Assembly: GCF_009914755.1 (NCBI RefSeq) | Contig: NC_060925.1 | DNA length: 64,000 bases | Source of the DNA: the human T2T-CHM13v2.0 reference genome, Homo sapiens | Reading direction: 5' to 3' (one strand) | Shown: positions 26,801 to 41,699 of the stretch, one piece after another | Layout of the letters: each line of letters starts with the position of its first letter | Position numbering within the stretch: position 1 is the stretch's first letter | Made by a program: the position numbers and the translations under genes | Notes under the pieces: generated by a model | The model's database searches: none | What the model saw: only the letters and a program-made list of their open reading frames with translations | Told to the model about the DNA's origin: nothing

Positions 26801-29379
26801 ATATTTTGTCAGAAAAATAGAAATTTTAATGCCTTTTTATTCACATGACTTTAGTAATCTTTTGGAAATAAAGACAGTTTTAAAGATTTTTGGTAAAATA
26901 AAATGTCATGAAAATACAGACATTTGGTCTAAATTAAGATCAGATATCAGATTTGCTAAATGCTTTAAAGTCAAACTGTTCCTTTGACTTTTGAAAATCA
27001 TTTGATTTACCTACTTTGGAGCATTAGGCTATAGATAAGGCCTGGGGACACATGGACAGCCATGCCCCTAGTTATGCTGAAAACAGTCAGGCCTTATCTT
27101 CACTTCTGTCTGGTGTCCTAGGCTCCATCCCTAGTATTAACTCACTTACTTATCCGGTTTTTCACTAAAATGAAAGTTGCTAAGAATTAACACTGTAACA
27201 TGAAATTGAGATTACTGGAGAAACAGTTTTACATACAAGGTGTGTAAGGAAGGTGTTTTTTGGTAAAAGATTGTAAGAAGGCATAGGAATATGGCTTTTG
27301 TTAAAGGGAATGTAATTTTGTCTAGTTCAGAGGCTTTTAAAGATTGTCTTACCCTAAAACAGTAACGGAACAAAACTGAAGGTTTAAGCAAAGTGAAAAA
27401 GGTTTGTAAAGGGTGAATCTAAAAAAAATTCTGTGGGTATAAACCAGTTGGCTAAGAGCTGAAAGAAATTATTTAGCTTTTTTCTGTAGGTTAAAACATT
27501 AAAATCGTACTGATGTGGGGCCAGAATCTGGGCCCCTGTGTCCAAAATCTGGGCCCCTGTGTCCAAATCACAGGGTTTTCTTAGAAAACTGATCTGCTGT
27601 TTGATGGAAAATTGTAAAGGGTTCTATAAAGTTTATGAAAATCTTACCTTATGGTCAAAGTAATTAAAACTGGATATATAAAACTTTATTTAAAAAACTA
27701 GCTTTAGCATTAAAGATGCACATGAAATTTGGTTTTCTCTTTTGAAGATGATTTTTATGTAATGTTAAAAGATAATGAAAGGGTTTTGTTTTTTCCTTTG
27801 GATAAATGGCAGGGGAAAAAAAGGAGGAGAGAGAGAAGAGACAGATTCAGTTGGCCTCATGCTATCTTCATTGGATCTTCTTTGGAAAGGTAAGTCATCT
27901 GTATCACAGTAAAGGTTTTTCTTTTTCTTTAAATTGTTTTGGAGTTATCATTTTGGCCAAATGAATGACTTATGGTGACCTGGGATTCTATTTTGTGATA
28001 TCCAGTGTTTTAAACCTTTGATATTTGACAGACTTTCCAAAATCAAATTATAAATTATGTCTCTTTCTAACTTAGTATTTTAGATATTAAGTCCTCTAAA
28101 GTCCAAAAATGACATTTGGCTTATTTGGTACAAAAATCATACAGGAAGCATTGTCAAATATAAAATGGTGTTCAGCTTTCTTTGGTCTATATTTGTGTAA
28201 ATGTGTTATTGGTATATGTTCCAAAATTATGTAAAACTGCTATAATTCTAATATGACTTAGGATATGTTATCAGTAATAATTATAATTATTATGTTAAAT
28301 GACTGTGTGCCACAGAGGTAAATGTCTTTGTCAATTGTGCCTTTAACAGTGGCTGCCCTAAAATGTTTTTGTCATCCACAGACAACTGTTGTCTCACTTT
28401 GGTCCTCTTTAAAAGATGATTTTATAATTGGCTAGAAAATTTAACAGGTGCTCTTAAATGCAGGTTTCTGATTAATAACTCTGGGAGACTGTGACATTAG
28501 AATAGAAAAAACCTTTCAAATAGAAGAGGGAATGGCGTTTGGTTTTCTTTGGGACTGTATTTGTATAAATATGTTATTGGTATGTGTTCCAAAATTATGG
28601 GAAATTTCTATAATGTTATAATTTAGTGTACATTATTAATTATTATAATGGTTATGTAAAATTGTTGTATGCCACAGAAGTAACCAAAATTCCTAGTCAA
28701 TTGTAGCTTTAATAGTGGGTGTAGGCTTTTGCCATCCACAGACATTTTGTCTTGCTTTGGTCCTTTTCAAAAGGCAGTTTATATGTCAGATATAGGACTC
28801 TGAGTGCAGGTCTCAGATAACTTTAAAAATTGTGCTATTGGAATGGAGGAAAAAAAAACAAACTTCTAGGACTCTCATGGAGAGCTAATGTGTTAAACAT
28901 TGCTAAACCTTTTGTTTTCAGAGTCGAGAGAACTTATTTCTTTAGAGCTATTTGCAGCTTCTAACAAGTGAGTAAAATATACTCCTGTGAACAAAATTTA
29001 GAGCATATTTGTTCCTCTCTACCTGATTTCTCCAGAATTTGGAAACTATTTGTGAATATTCTCAATTTATGGCAGTATAGTTAATTGCATAAGTGCAGTA
29101 AGAATCTGTTTTCTTTTGTAACAGAACACAATTGGAGAAATTGGTTATTTTACCAAGGCTTTGACTGGAATGGCATGCTTCCTTTAAAGAATCAAAGTTC
29201 ACTTATAGAGCCAATTAAAGCCCATTGGGGAATCTGGCCTCATACCTTGTCCACACAGAGTGTCTGTGCAAGGTTCCTGACCTGTGGTAAGTAAAGAATG
29301 TCACTTTTTAACAGGCCCAGGAACTCCAAGTTATCTTGGGACTTCAAGAGGAAAGGAATTTTCAAATACCAACTCATAG

Positions 29380-29696
<317 letters not shown>

Positions 29697-30328
29697 TGGG
29701 CTTGGCTTTTAAAAAGTCTTAGCTGAGATCCTTCATGGAACAGAGTTCTATCAGAGCCAATGAAAAAAGCCTAAGTGAAAAATAATTATTCTTGCTGCAC
29801 TTTATGCAAATAATCAGGCCAAGTACAGTAAGACTAAAGTTTATTTTGTAAACAAATCGGTTCTATCATGGTTTGTTTTGAATAAAAATGGGGACTGGAG
29901 AGAGAAAAATTATGCTTCAAAAGAAAAACTATAGTATACAGTTGTTAGCTGGTCTTGAGGTTTTCTTGTGCAGTTTAGACTACACACTAAATTATTTGTG
30001 GGTTAGAAGTCCCCAGACTAACGCTTTCAAATCTTTACTTTTAAAATTGGGAATTGTACTCCTCAAACTAGGACTCATTATTTACCTTATAGCAGGCTGT
30101 TCACTTAAACACTGTAGTAAAACTATAGATGAGAGTACTAATGTGTTTGCCATGCAACTCTTGGAAACTCAACCAGGCCTGCATGAGTTGCTCAGACAGT
30201 TGCAAAGCAATTCCACTCTTCTCACCTTGGGGTTCACTCCCATTCCCATTACCTCCCCTGTCAGCAGGAAGAAGCCAGAGCTATCAACGGCCTTCTCCCA
30301 TCTTCATAGCCTACCCAAAGGGAAGGAT

Positions 30329-30906
30329 TGAAACCATCTTTGCAAAATTATGATTGAGACAGTGAAAGAGATCTAACTGAACGGATTGCATCTTGCTTCT
30401 AACCTCAAAGCTGTCCTTGTTCATTCCTGGGCATAAGCTGAACTAACTTTGGGAGAAACTTAGTTTATAGTTTACACAAAGACGGTAACAACCCTTTCCC
30501 AAAGCAGACCTCCTTCTTGCCTGGAGACTAGATTGCCTTTGTAGGACTAACATTAACCACAAGATTTGAAATCAGGTTTAGGAGTCATGCAGCTGGAGGA
30601 TACAAGATTCTGACTTGCCCTAAACCGCTCCTAAGATCGGTGCTCGAGAGATTTTACAGACCCTGCACTTGATGGATCAGCTGGCACCACCCAGATCAGT
30701 AAACTGGCTCATCTGATCTTGTGGCCCCACCCAGGAAGTGACTCAGCACAGGAAGACAGCTTCTACTCCCTATGATTTCACCCCTGACCAATCAGCACTC
30801 CTGGCTCACTGGCTTCCGCCAACCCACCAAGTTATCCTTAAAAACTGTGCTCCCCAATTGCTTGGGGAGACTGATTTGAGTAATAATAAAACTCCAGTCT
30901 CCTGCA
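30329..30906 (+). mobile_element. LTR8-like 3' LTR (U3-R only, no U5)
   Basis: Preceded by polypurine tract AAAGGGAAGGA (30317-30327); TATA-like TTAAAAA at 30838-30844; AATAAA at 30885-30890; ends in CA at 30905-30906. Confidence 0.85.
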
Positions 30907-30951
30907 ATAAATAAATAAATTAATTAAATAAAAATCATTTATGCTGTGCCT

Positions 30952-31256
30952 GGCCAGGTCTGGTGGCTCACGCCTGTAATCCCAGCACTTTGGGAGGCTG
31001 AGGCGGGTGGATCACTTGAGGTCAGGAGTTGGAGACCAGCCTGGGCAAGATGGTGAAACCCCGTCTCTACTCAAAATACAAAAATTAGCAGGGCCTTGTG
31101 GCGCACGCCTGTAATCCCAGCTACTCTGGAGGCTGAAGCAGGAGAATCGCTTGAACGCCGGAGGCGGAGGTTGCAGTGAGCCGAGCCAGATCGCGCCACT
31201 GCACTCCAGCCTGGGGGACAGAGTGTGACTCTCTCAAAAACAAACAACAACAAAAA
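30952..31256 (+). mobile_element. AluS immediately 3' of the ERV retrocopy
   Basis: Full dimer; TSD AAAATCATTTATGCTGTGCCT (30931-30951) versus AAAATCACTTATGGCGTGCCT (31253-31273). Confidence 0.92.
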
Positions 31257-31539
31257 TCACTTATGGCGTGCCTGCTCCCTGGAAAGCACTGCCAGATATG
31301 TATTTGCTATTGCAGTGTCTATACGCAGTCACATGAAGATTTGGGCTAAAAGACCCACTACCTTAAAAGTTTCACATTCTTTCTGGCAAATTGGATTTTT
31401 CTTTTTCTTTCCTTCCTTCCTTCCTTCCTTCTTTTTTTCTTTTAATTGGCAACTCAGATTTTTCGAAGTGTTTTTGCTATCTCACTGCTGGAAAGCCTGG
31501 TTCTGCCTTTCCTAAAATCTCGTGTGCAGGTTCGCACTC

Positions 31540-32010
31540 CGGCTACTTTCAGGCCTCTAGGGAGCCCAGGTAGCGGCGCGCACGCGCACGCGCACACTTC
31601 TCCCTCGCTGGTCTTCAGGCCCGGCCCGCCCTGTCCAGAGGCGCCGGGACCCACGCGCCTGCAGCCGCCCGCCGGGCCGACGTCCCACGGGAATGCGCGA
31701 GGCCTGGACGGGAGTGGCCGAGGCGGTTGGGCGGAGGCGGAGCAGGCGCCATGTCAGCCCGGGAAGTGGCCGTGCTGCTGCTGTGGCTGAGCTGCTATGG
31801 CTCCGCCCTTTGGAGGTAGAGAGACGCCAGTCGCAGGCGAGCGACTAGGCGGGGATTACCCCCGGCGGGGCAGGCGGGAGGGTCCTGCTCTCCACCCCAT
31901 GCGCCCCGGGACCGCTCGCCCTGGCCGACCACTGCCTCGTCTCCTGGCTCCCCAACACCAGCCCCAGTGTCCCACCGCTCCCACCCGAGAGTTTTCCATG
32001 AGCGAGAGGG
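31540..32010. promoter_or_regulatory. CpG island / CATSPERE promoter
   Basis: CpG-rich block around the ATG at 31751; GCGCGCACGCGCACGCGCAC (NRF1-like) at about 31576-31595; GGGCGG boxes. Confidence 0.88.
31751..31815 (+). CDS. CATSPERE: CATSPERE coding exon 1 (65 nt): signal peptide MSAREVAVLLLWLSCYGSALW(R)
   Basis: GCGCCATG inside a CpG island; hydrophobic leader; donor AG|GTAGAG; matches the recalled N-terminus of human CatSper epsilon. Confidence 0.92.
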
Positions 32011-32112
32011 GACGCAGTTAGCACTTTGCTACCCTGCTCCAGCTCCTGCAGTAAGGTCGCAGTACCTTCATGCTGCTGTCCTCAGAACATCTGAGCCCCA
32101 ATGAAATCTTAC

Positions 32113-32453
32113 TTTTTTGTTTGTTTAGGGCGGGGGTTGTCTGTTTGTTTTAGAGACGGCCTCTTGCTCCGTTGCCCAGGCTGCAATGCAGTGGCGCCAT
32201 CATAGCTCCCTGAAGCCTGAAACTCCTGGGCCCAAGCGCTCCTCGCACCTCGGCCTCCTAAATAGCTGTGACAACAGGCACGCGCCACCACGCTTGGCTA
32301 AATTAAAAAAAAAAATTGGTAGAGACAGGGTCTCACAATATTGCCCAGGCTGGTCTCGAACTCCTGGCCTTAAGTGATCCTCCTGCCGGGGCCTCCCAAA
32401 GTGCTGTAATTACAGACTATGAGCTCTGAGCCATGAGCTATCGCGCCCCGGCC
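32113..32453 (-). mobile_element. AluJ
   Basis: Diverged dimer. Confidence 0.85.
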
Positions 32454-33299
32454 CCTGTGAATTCTTACATTCCTCTCACCTTGTGCAGCCTTCTTTTGCC
32501 AGAGGAGAGGATCGTTGTGGTCCAAGAGTGAGATATAACAGTGCCCTTTTCATTAAAAAATAGCACATGTCCATCTGCACACCCCACACACCTATGGGCC
32601 TCTTAGATCTGTTTCCAACAAGAATACATTAAATATAAGACATAATTAATAAAGCAAGGATGAAAAGGTATTATCGTTGTTATCTGGGACTAAATTAATA
32701 AATTAAACGTGACTCTTTGAGCTACTGTTCTCTCCCTAGCCTATCCTTAGCCCCAGTAGGAGTGAGAAGCTGTTGAGGGAGCAGGTGAGGAGAAAAGGCC
32801 TGCCAGGAAAGGTCATTTCATCCTTTCACTACCAGATCTTATTAAATTACATAATTTAACTTTGTAAATTAAAGTACAAAATTTGCCACTTGTATTTTTC
32901 TCTCTGTATTGAAAGGGATCTTAGATTCATAAGAAGTGTGAGGTGGTTCACACTTCAAAAAAAGCCTTTGATGACAATAGATTTCATTTTTATTTATAGG
33001 TATATGTAAAATACATGACTTTTTTTTAATTCGATCTGTATATACAGAAAATGTGTTTCATTATAAAGGTGAGTGATTTCCGTTAAACATAAGAATTCAG
33101 AGTGCTATTAAGGCTTGTATAATTCTGATAAGGGAATTGCATAATGATATCCTAGCAACTCTTCCTCTACATACAGAAAAAAGGCCTCTGATTTAAAGCT
33201 TTAGGGATGGAGCAATTCCAGTTGCAATTAGGTATGCAATGTAGACATGGAATAGATTCTTGAAGCAAATGGAAGGCGAAGGAATTGTAGGGTGGTGAT

Positions 33300-33625
33300 T
33301 TATGATAGTCACCAGCTACATGTGCCTTTTGAGTATTTGAAATATAGCCCAAATTGAGATGTGGTGTAAGTGTAATGTACACACCAGATTTCAAAGACTT
33401 AGTCTGAAAAAAGAATGTAAGATATCTCAGTAATAATTATTTTATACTGATTACATGTTGAATAAAACTTAAAATTAATTAATTTTAAGTTTAATTTGTT
33501 TAGTTTTAATTAAAAGCTAAAAATTATTAAAATTAATTTCACCCATTTCTTCTTGTGCTTTTAAAGTAGCTACTTGAACATTTTTAATTAATAGGAGGTG
33601 GCTTGTATTATATTGGACAGTGCTC
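33300..33625. mobile_element. MER33/MER3-like hAT-Charlie MITE
   Basis: TACACACCAGATTTCAAAGACTTAGT..AAAAAGAATGTAA and terminal ATTGGACAGTGCT. Confidence 0.7.
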
Positions 33626-33669
33626 TGTTAGATGAATCAGATAGACGGGAATTAAGAACCCTCCATCGC

Positions 33670-33864
33670 AGCAACATGGCAAAACCCTGTCTTTACTAAA
33701 AAATACAAAAATTAGCTGGGCGTGGTGGCATGCGCCTGTAGTCCCAGCTATTCGGGAGGCTGAGGCGAGAGGATCACTTGAGCCTGGGAGGTCAAGGCTG
33801 CAGTAAGCCAAGATCACTGCACTGTACTCCAGAGCAAGACCCTGTCTCAAAAACAAAAAAAAAA
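33670..33864 (+). mobile_element. Alu, 5'-truncated
   Basis: Linker, right arm and A tail. Confidence 0.88.
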
Positions 33865-34227
33865 GAGAAATACTGCGTTTTTAAAACTCCAATCTTTGTT
33901 ATTCTTACTTTAACTCTTTATAAGTGAAGGAGTTAGAGCCAGTGTTCTTCAAGAGTTTTCATCTTACAAAAAAAAAAAAAAACCAGGTAAAGAGTATTAA
34001 CTTCTCATTTTATTGTCTTTAGATACTGAGCAAACCCTAACACATCTAGAGATGTGGGTAGAGGTCACTGATAGCCCCAATTTTAGCCCTGAGTTGCTGT
34101 CAAGGAAGGGAATGAGGCAGAAAGGTGACACTCCTGGCAGCCCAGCTATGCCCTGACCATGTAGAGAATCCTCATATTTGAAGAATAAATTAGTTTTAAT
34201 ATTTATACTTGGCCTCTTCCTCCACAG

Positions 34228-34276
34228 GTATTCCACTAACAGCCCAAACTATCGCATTTTTAGTACCAGAAGTACT
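34228..34276 (+). CDS. CATSPERE: CATSPERE coding exon 2 (49 nt): (R)YSTNSPNYRIFSTRST
   Basis: Acceptor CCTCTTCCTCCACAG|, donor ACT|GTAAGT; open in frame with exon 1. Confidence 0.92.
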
Positions 34277-34699
34277 GTAAGTGTTGAATTTTTAATAAAC
34301 TATAGTTAAATATTAAATTTTTTGAACTTTAGAGCAGAGAGCAGAGTTAATCATATTGAGTTTTACAGTCATTGTCACTCTTCTGTTTCGTTTCTTTCAT
34401 CCGGTGTATTACCCTAACATAGGTCCCCTCCTTAATCCATGTCCTTAAATTTGCATGTAGCAAAAATAGTGTTGTTTTGAGTGTTTTCGTGATTCACTGT
34501 TCACAATGTGATGTTATTATATAGGTAGGATAACCATTCAGTATATTGCCTAAACCCATGAGAATGGGAGTGCTATTAATAATTATACAACAGGTATAAA
34601 TTAGAACTGTCTAGACAAATCAGGATGTATGGTCACCCAAACTATAGACCTCATTCTCTATATTACTTTTCTTATTCAACACTTTCTACTTCATTTCTT

Positions 34700-36590
<1,891 letters not shown>

Positions 36591-37529
36591 TGCTCCACAG
36601 CAGTTATCTCAGTGGGGATGCCACTGAAATTTTGAGCAGGAAAAATTTTCATTGTATGGAACTATCCTTTGCTTTGCAGAACAGCTTGCTTCCCTGGTTC
36701 CCAAACACTAAGTAGCAGTGACAATCCTCAGGGATTGTGTGACCTGAGATACTCTTCCATATTTCCAGATGCCCTCTAAGGCAGGCAGAATCCAGCCAGT
36801 ACACACTTGGGTAGCATGCTGCCTGGTATTCGCTTGGAACTGTCAGTGTCTGTGCTGTACAACTTGTTAAACACTTGTCATATTATCCCTGTCTTTAAGG
36901 GAGCGTGTAGCAGTCAGGGGTCAGAGGACAGCAGTAACCACTCTAGATATTTCAAGCAGAAATTTATTTGCTACAGGAAATTAGGTGCTCACCAAACTGT
37001 TGGGAGGGCTAGGAAAGCAAGGGTCTTAGAAACCCCCACTAATTTTTAGGTTTATCAATAGTCAAAAAGTTGCTGTTGCCACCAGAGATCAGGACCTGGA
37101 GGAAATAGGTGCCCATGTCACAAGTCTCTCCCAGTACCTAATGAGGGATGGTGCTCAATGGAAAGATGGGACAGAGGCCTTCCCCAAAACCACCTATCTT
37201 TGAAGCCTGGACTTTTGGTACCACTGCCTGAGGAAGAAGAATGGCTTCCTCTTTTTTACAAGTTCCAGTCCACATCTGATTTTCAGTCGTTCAGAACCCT
37301 TGAGGGTTCCTGGTTTCCAGCTCCTGCAATCTAGGGATAGCCTAGAGTTATGCAGGAATGAATGATCATGGCTGAGAATACAATACACAACAGTCAATTC
37401 CTAGCACTGTGTGGTATCACTCGTAAATTAGAATCAGGAGTCTTTAGTTAATTTTTACTAAATAATTCAACAATTTCTGTTGTGTTTTCTATCAGTGTTG
37501 TGCTCCCTTTATAAATAAATAAATATTTA

Positions 37530-38230
37530 TAATTTGAACCAGGCCCAGATGGTTTTGTGTGGGAATTCTACCAAATCTTTAAGAAGCACATCATTTCAGT
37601 ATTGTTTAAATTTTTCTAAAGTATAAAAAAGAAAGGAGGAAAAGACCTAAGGGGATATTTCACAAAAAAGGATGTACAAATGACCAGCAAACTTATGAAA
37701 AATTAGTGAAGTGTGAATTAAAATTACAGGGAGATGTAATTACAAACCAATCAGAATGCCTAAAATTAAGAAGACTGAAGATAACAAGGGGTGGTAAGAA
37801 TGTAAAGCAGTAGGAACTCTAATACACCACTAGAAGGAATGCAGGTTGGTATAACCACTTTGAAAACCTGTTTGCTATTATCCAATAGTGTTGAATATAT
37901 ACGTATCCTGTGACACACTAGTTTGACTCCTAGGTATACATCCAGCACCAGAAGACCTATGTAGGAACGGTTACGACAGCATTATTCCTAAGAACTCCAA
38001 ACTAGAAACAACCCAGTAGCATGTCAATCAGTAGTATAGAGGGATAAATGCATTTCTGTGTATTCACATAGTAGGATACTATATGGCAAATGAAAATAAG
38101 TGCATTGTGTCTACATGTCAACACAAAACAATATGGATGAATCTCACTGTACTCTGTGAAAGTAGCCATACAGAAAAGAACACATTCTGTATAAACTTTA
38201 TAATATTCCATACCAGGCAAGAGGAATCTA
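37530..38230 (+). mobile_element. Old L1 (L1ME-like) fragment
   Basis: CCAGGCCCAGATGG..GAATTCTACCAAA, followed by 3'-end motifs. Confidence 0.6.
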
Positions 38231-38405
38231 TGTAATATATATTTTCTTTTACAATTGTGTTTTCAAATTTATTGCTATTCATTTGTTTATAATCTTTGCT
38301 TACCATTTCAATATCTATTTTTAGCTATTTTATGTCTCTAATAGAGTTTATTTGGGCACTTTATCTTCCTTTCCTGGACAGTTTTGCCATGTATTGGACC
38401 ATTTT

Positions 38406-38712
<307 letters not shown>

Positions 38713-38944
38713 TTATTGGTCTTTTTAAGAATCATCTTTTTTATCTCGATTTTCCATTATTATTTTTATGTAGGTGGCAGAAATGGTCCATCTTTAATTC
38801 ATAAATGACCACCAAAACAGTTATGTCATTTTAGAAATGCAAATTGGACCCTAGAGTTTGATTATCAGCAAGAAAGGTAGATAAAGGGCAAGTGAGTAAT
38901 ATTACAAAACCAATGATATTGCAGCTGATTTGAAAGTGATATTA

Positions 38945-39388
<444 letters not shown>

Positions 39389-39587
39389 TTAAACATGAAG
39401 TTGGTAAGCATAGTGGGAACTTTCTGCAGGGACTTGACTACATTTAAGTTAATCATTGGGGAGGTTTATATGTAAGCTTGGTAATTTCCACAGAATTTGT
39501 TCTCTGTTTTGAACTTACATCTTTGAAACTTTTATTAGTAAAACATTTAAATATACATAAAATATATAAATTAGTATAATTTAGACA

Positions 39588-39656
39588 TACATAAAAGTAT
39601 GGAGTACATATAAGGAATACATATAAGTACATAAAAGTATGGAGTACATATAAGGA
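39588..39656. repeat. Direct duplication of TACATAAAAGTATGGAGTACATATAAGGA, period 40
   Basis: Two exact copies at 39588 and 39628. Confidence 0.9.
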
Positions 39657-39839
39657 GATTAAGTCCTTATATATCCGTTACTCAGCTCCAGTATTACAGC
39701 TCATGGCCATTCTTGTTTCATTGACTTTATCACCCACTTTCTTCCCTTCTGAATTATTTTGAAACTATCCCATACATATCCTTTCATCCATACATATTTC
39801 AGTGTGTACCTTTAAATGATAAGACTCTTTTTAAAAATG

Positions 39840-41510
39840 ACCAGAGCCAGGGCAATAATGCAAGAAAATGAACTAAAAGGCATCCACTTTGGAAAGGGGA
39901 AGATAAACTATTTCTATTTGCAGACGACATGATCCTTTATATAGGAAGCCCAAGGAATCTAACAAAAAACTATTAGAACTAATAAATTATCTTAACAATT
40001 TCTTATGGCAATTCATAGGAAATTGTAAATGGAAATTCAAGAGTACCAGAATAGACAAAACAGTCTTGAAACAGAAAAAGTGGAAGGACTCACAGTTCTT
40101 GACGTTTATACAATTGGTCATTTGAATACTAAGCTTACTACAAAGCTGCAGTAATTGAGACACTTTGGTACTGACATAGGATAGGAATATACATCAATGA
40201 GATAGAATTGAGAGTTCAGAAATAAAACCTCATATTTACAGTCAGTTGATTTTTGATAATGATACCAAGAGAATTGAATGGAAAAAGAACGGTACTGAAA
40301 CAACTAGATACCTACATGAAAAAAATGAATGTGGACCCCACCTCAGACCACACCCAAAATTATAACTCTGAATGGATCAAAGACCTAAATGTAAGAGCTA
40401 AAACTGTAAAACATATAGAAGAAAACATAAGGGAAAATCCATGACCTTGGATTAGGTGATGGTTGCTCACAAGCACAAGCAACAAAAGAAAAAATAGATA
40501 AATTGGACATCATCAAAATTAAAGTCTTTTGTGCTTCTAAGGACATCATCAAGAAAGTGAAGACAATTCACAGGATGGGAGAGAAATTTTGTGATTCATG
40601 TATCTTATTATGGACTTGTTTTTAGATATATAAAGAACTACTATTGATATAATTTGGTAATAAAAATACAACCCAGTTTTTTAAATGGGCAAAGGATCTG
40701 AATTGTCATTTCTCCAAAGAAGATATCCAAATGGCCAATAAGCACATCCCCATCAGGGAAATGGAAATCAAAACCATAATAAGATACTACTTCGCACCCG
40801 CTCAGATGTCTATAATCAAAAAGACAGATAATAACAAGTGTTCGTGGGGATGTAGAGAAATGGGAACTCTTATATTGCTGTCAAATGTCAAATGGTGCAG
40901 GCACTTTAGAAGACAGCCTTGTAGCTCTTCAAACAGTTAAACATAGTGTTACCAATATGTTCTGAAGATTGCACTTCCAGTTTTACATCCAAGAGAAATG
41001 AAAATATAATGTCCACACAAAAACTAGTACATGAATGTTCACAGAAGCATTATTCATAATAGCCCCCAAGTGCAAACAATGCAAATGTTCATCAACTAAG
41101 GAAAGGATAAATAAAATGTAGTATGTTTATATAATGGAACATTACTTGTCAATAAAAATGAATGAAGTACTTTTATGTGCTACAATATAGAAAAGCCTTG
41201 AAAACATTATGCTAAGTGCAAGAAACCTTTCACAAAGGACCACATGTTGTATGATTTCATTCACATGAAATGTCCAGAATAGGCAAATGTATAGAGACAG
41301 AAAGTAAGTTAGTGCCTGCCTAGGGCTGGGAGATAGGGCTGGGGTGGTAACCTCCGAGGAGTGTGGCAGTTTTTTTGTGGAGTGTTGAATATGTTCTAAA
41401 ATCGATTACAGTAATAGTTGCAGAAGTATATGAAGATACTAAAAACCATTGTACACTTTAAATGAATGAATTGTATGACGTGAATTATATCTCAAAGTTG
41501 TTTAAAAAAC
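39840..41510 (+). mobile_element. L1MB-like ORF2 3' part and 3'UTR
   Basis: TTTGCAGACGACATGATC (FADDM remnant), AATGGATCAAAGACCTAAATGTAAGAGC; 3' end GTGAATTATATCTCAA. Confidence 0.85.
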
Positions 41511-41699
41511 CATAACCGTAATACTAATTAGCACACCTAAAAATTAATAATCATTCCTTAATGTCATCAAATATCTAGTCAGTATTCAAATGACCAGTTG
41601 TCATATAAATGTCATTTTCTGTTTGTTTATGTAAATCAAGATCCAGATAAGGTTTATACATTATGATTATATATTTCTTTAGTTCCTTTTGTAAAAGGC

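Noticed and set aside
29888-30331. 147-aa ORF before the 3' LTR as a possible env remnant or accessory gene
   Set aside because: No recognisable env motifs (furin site, CX6CC, immunosuppressive domain); the length is compatible with chance.
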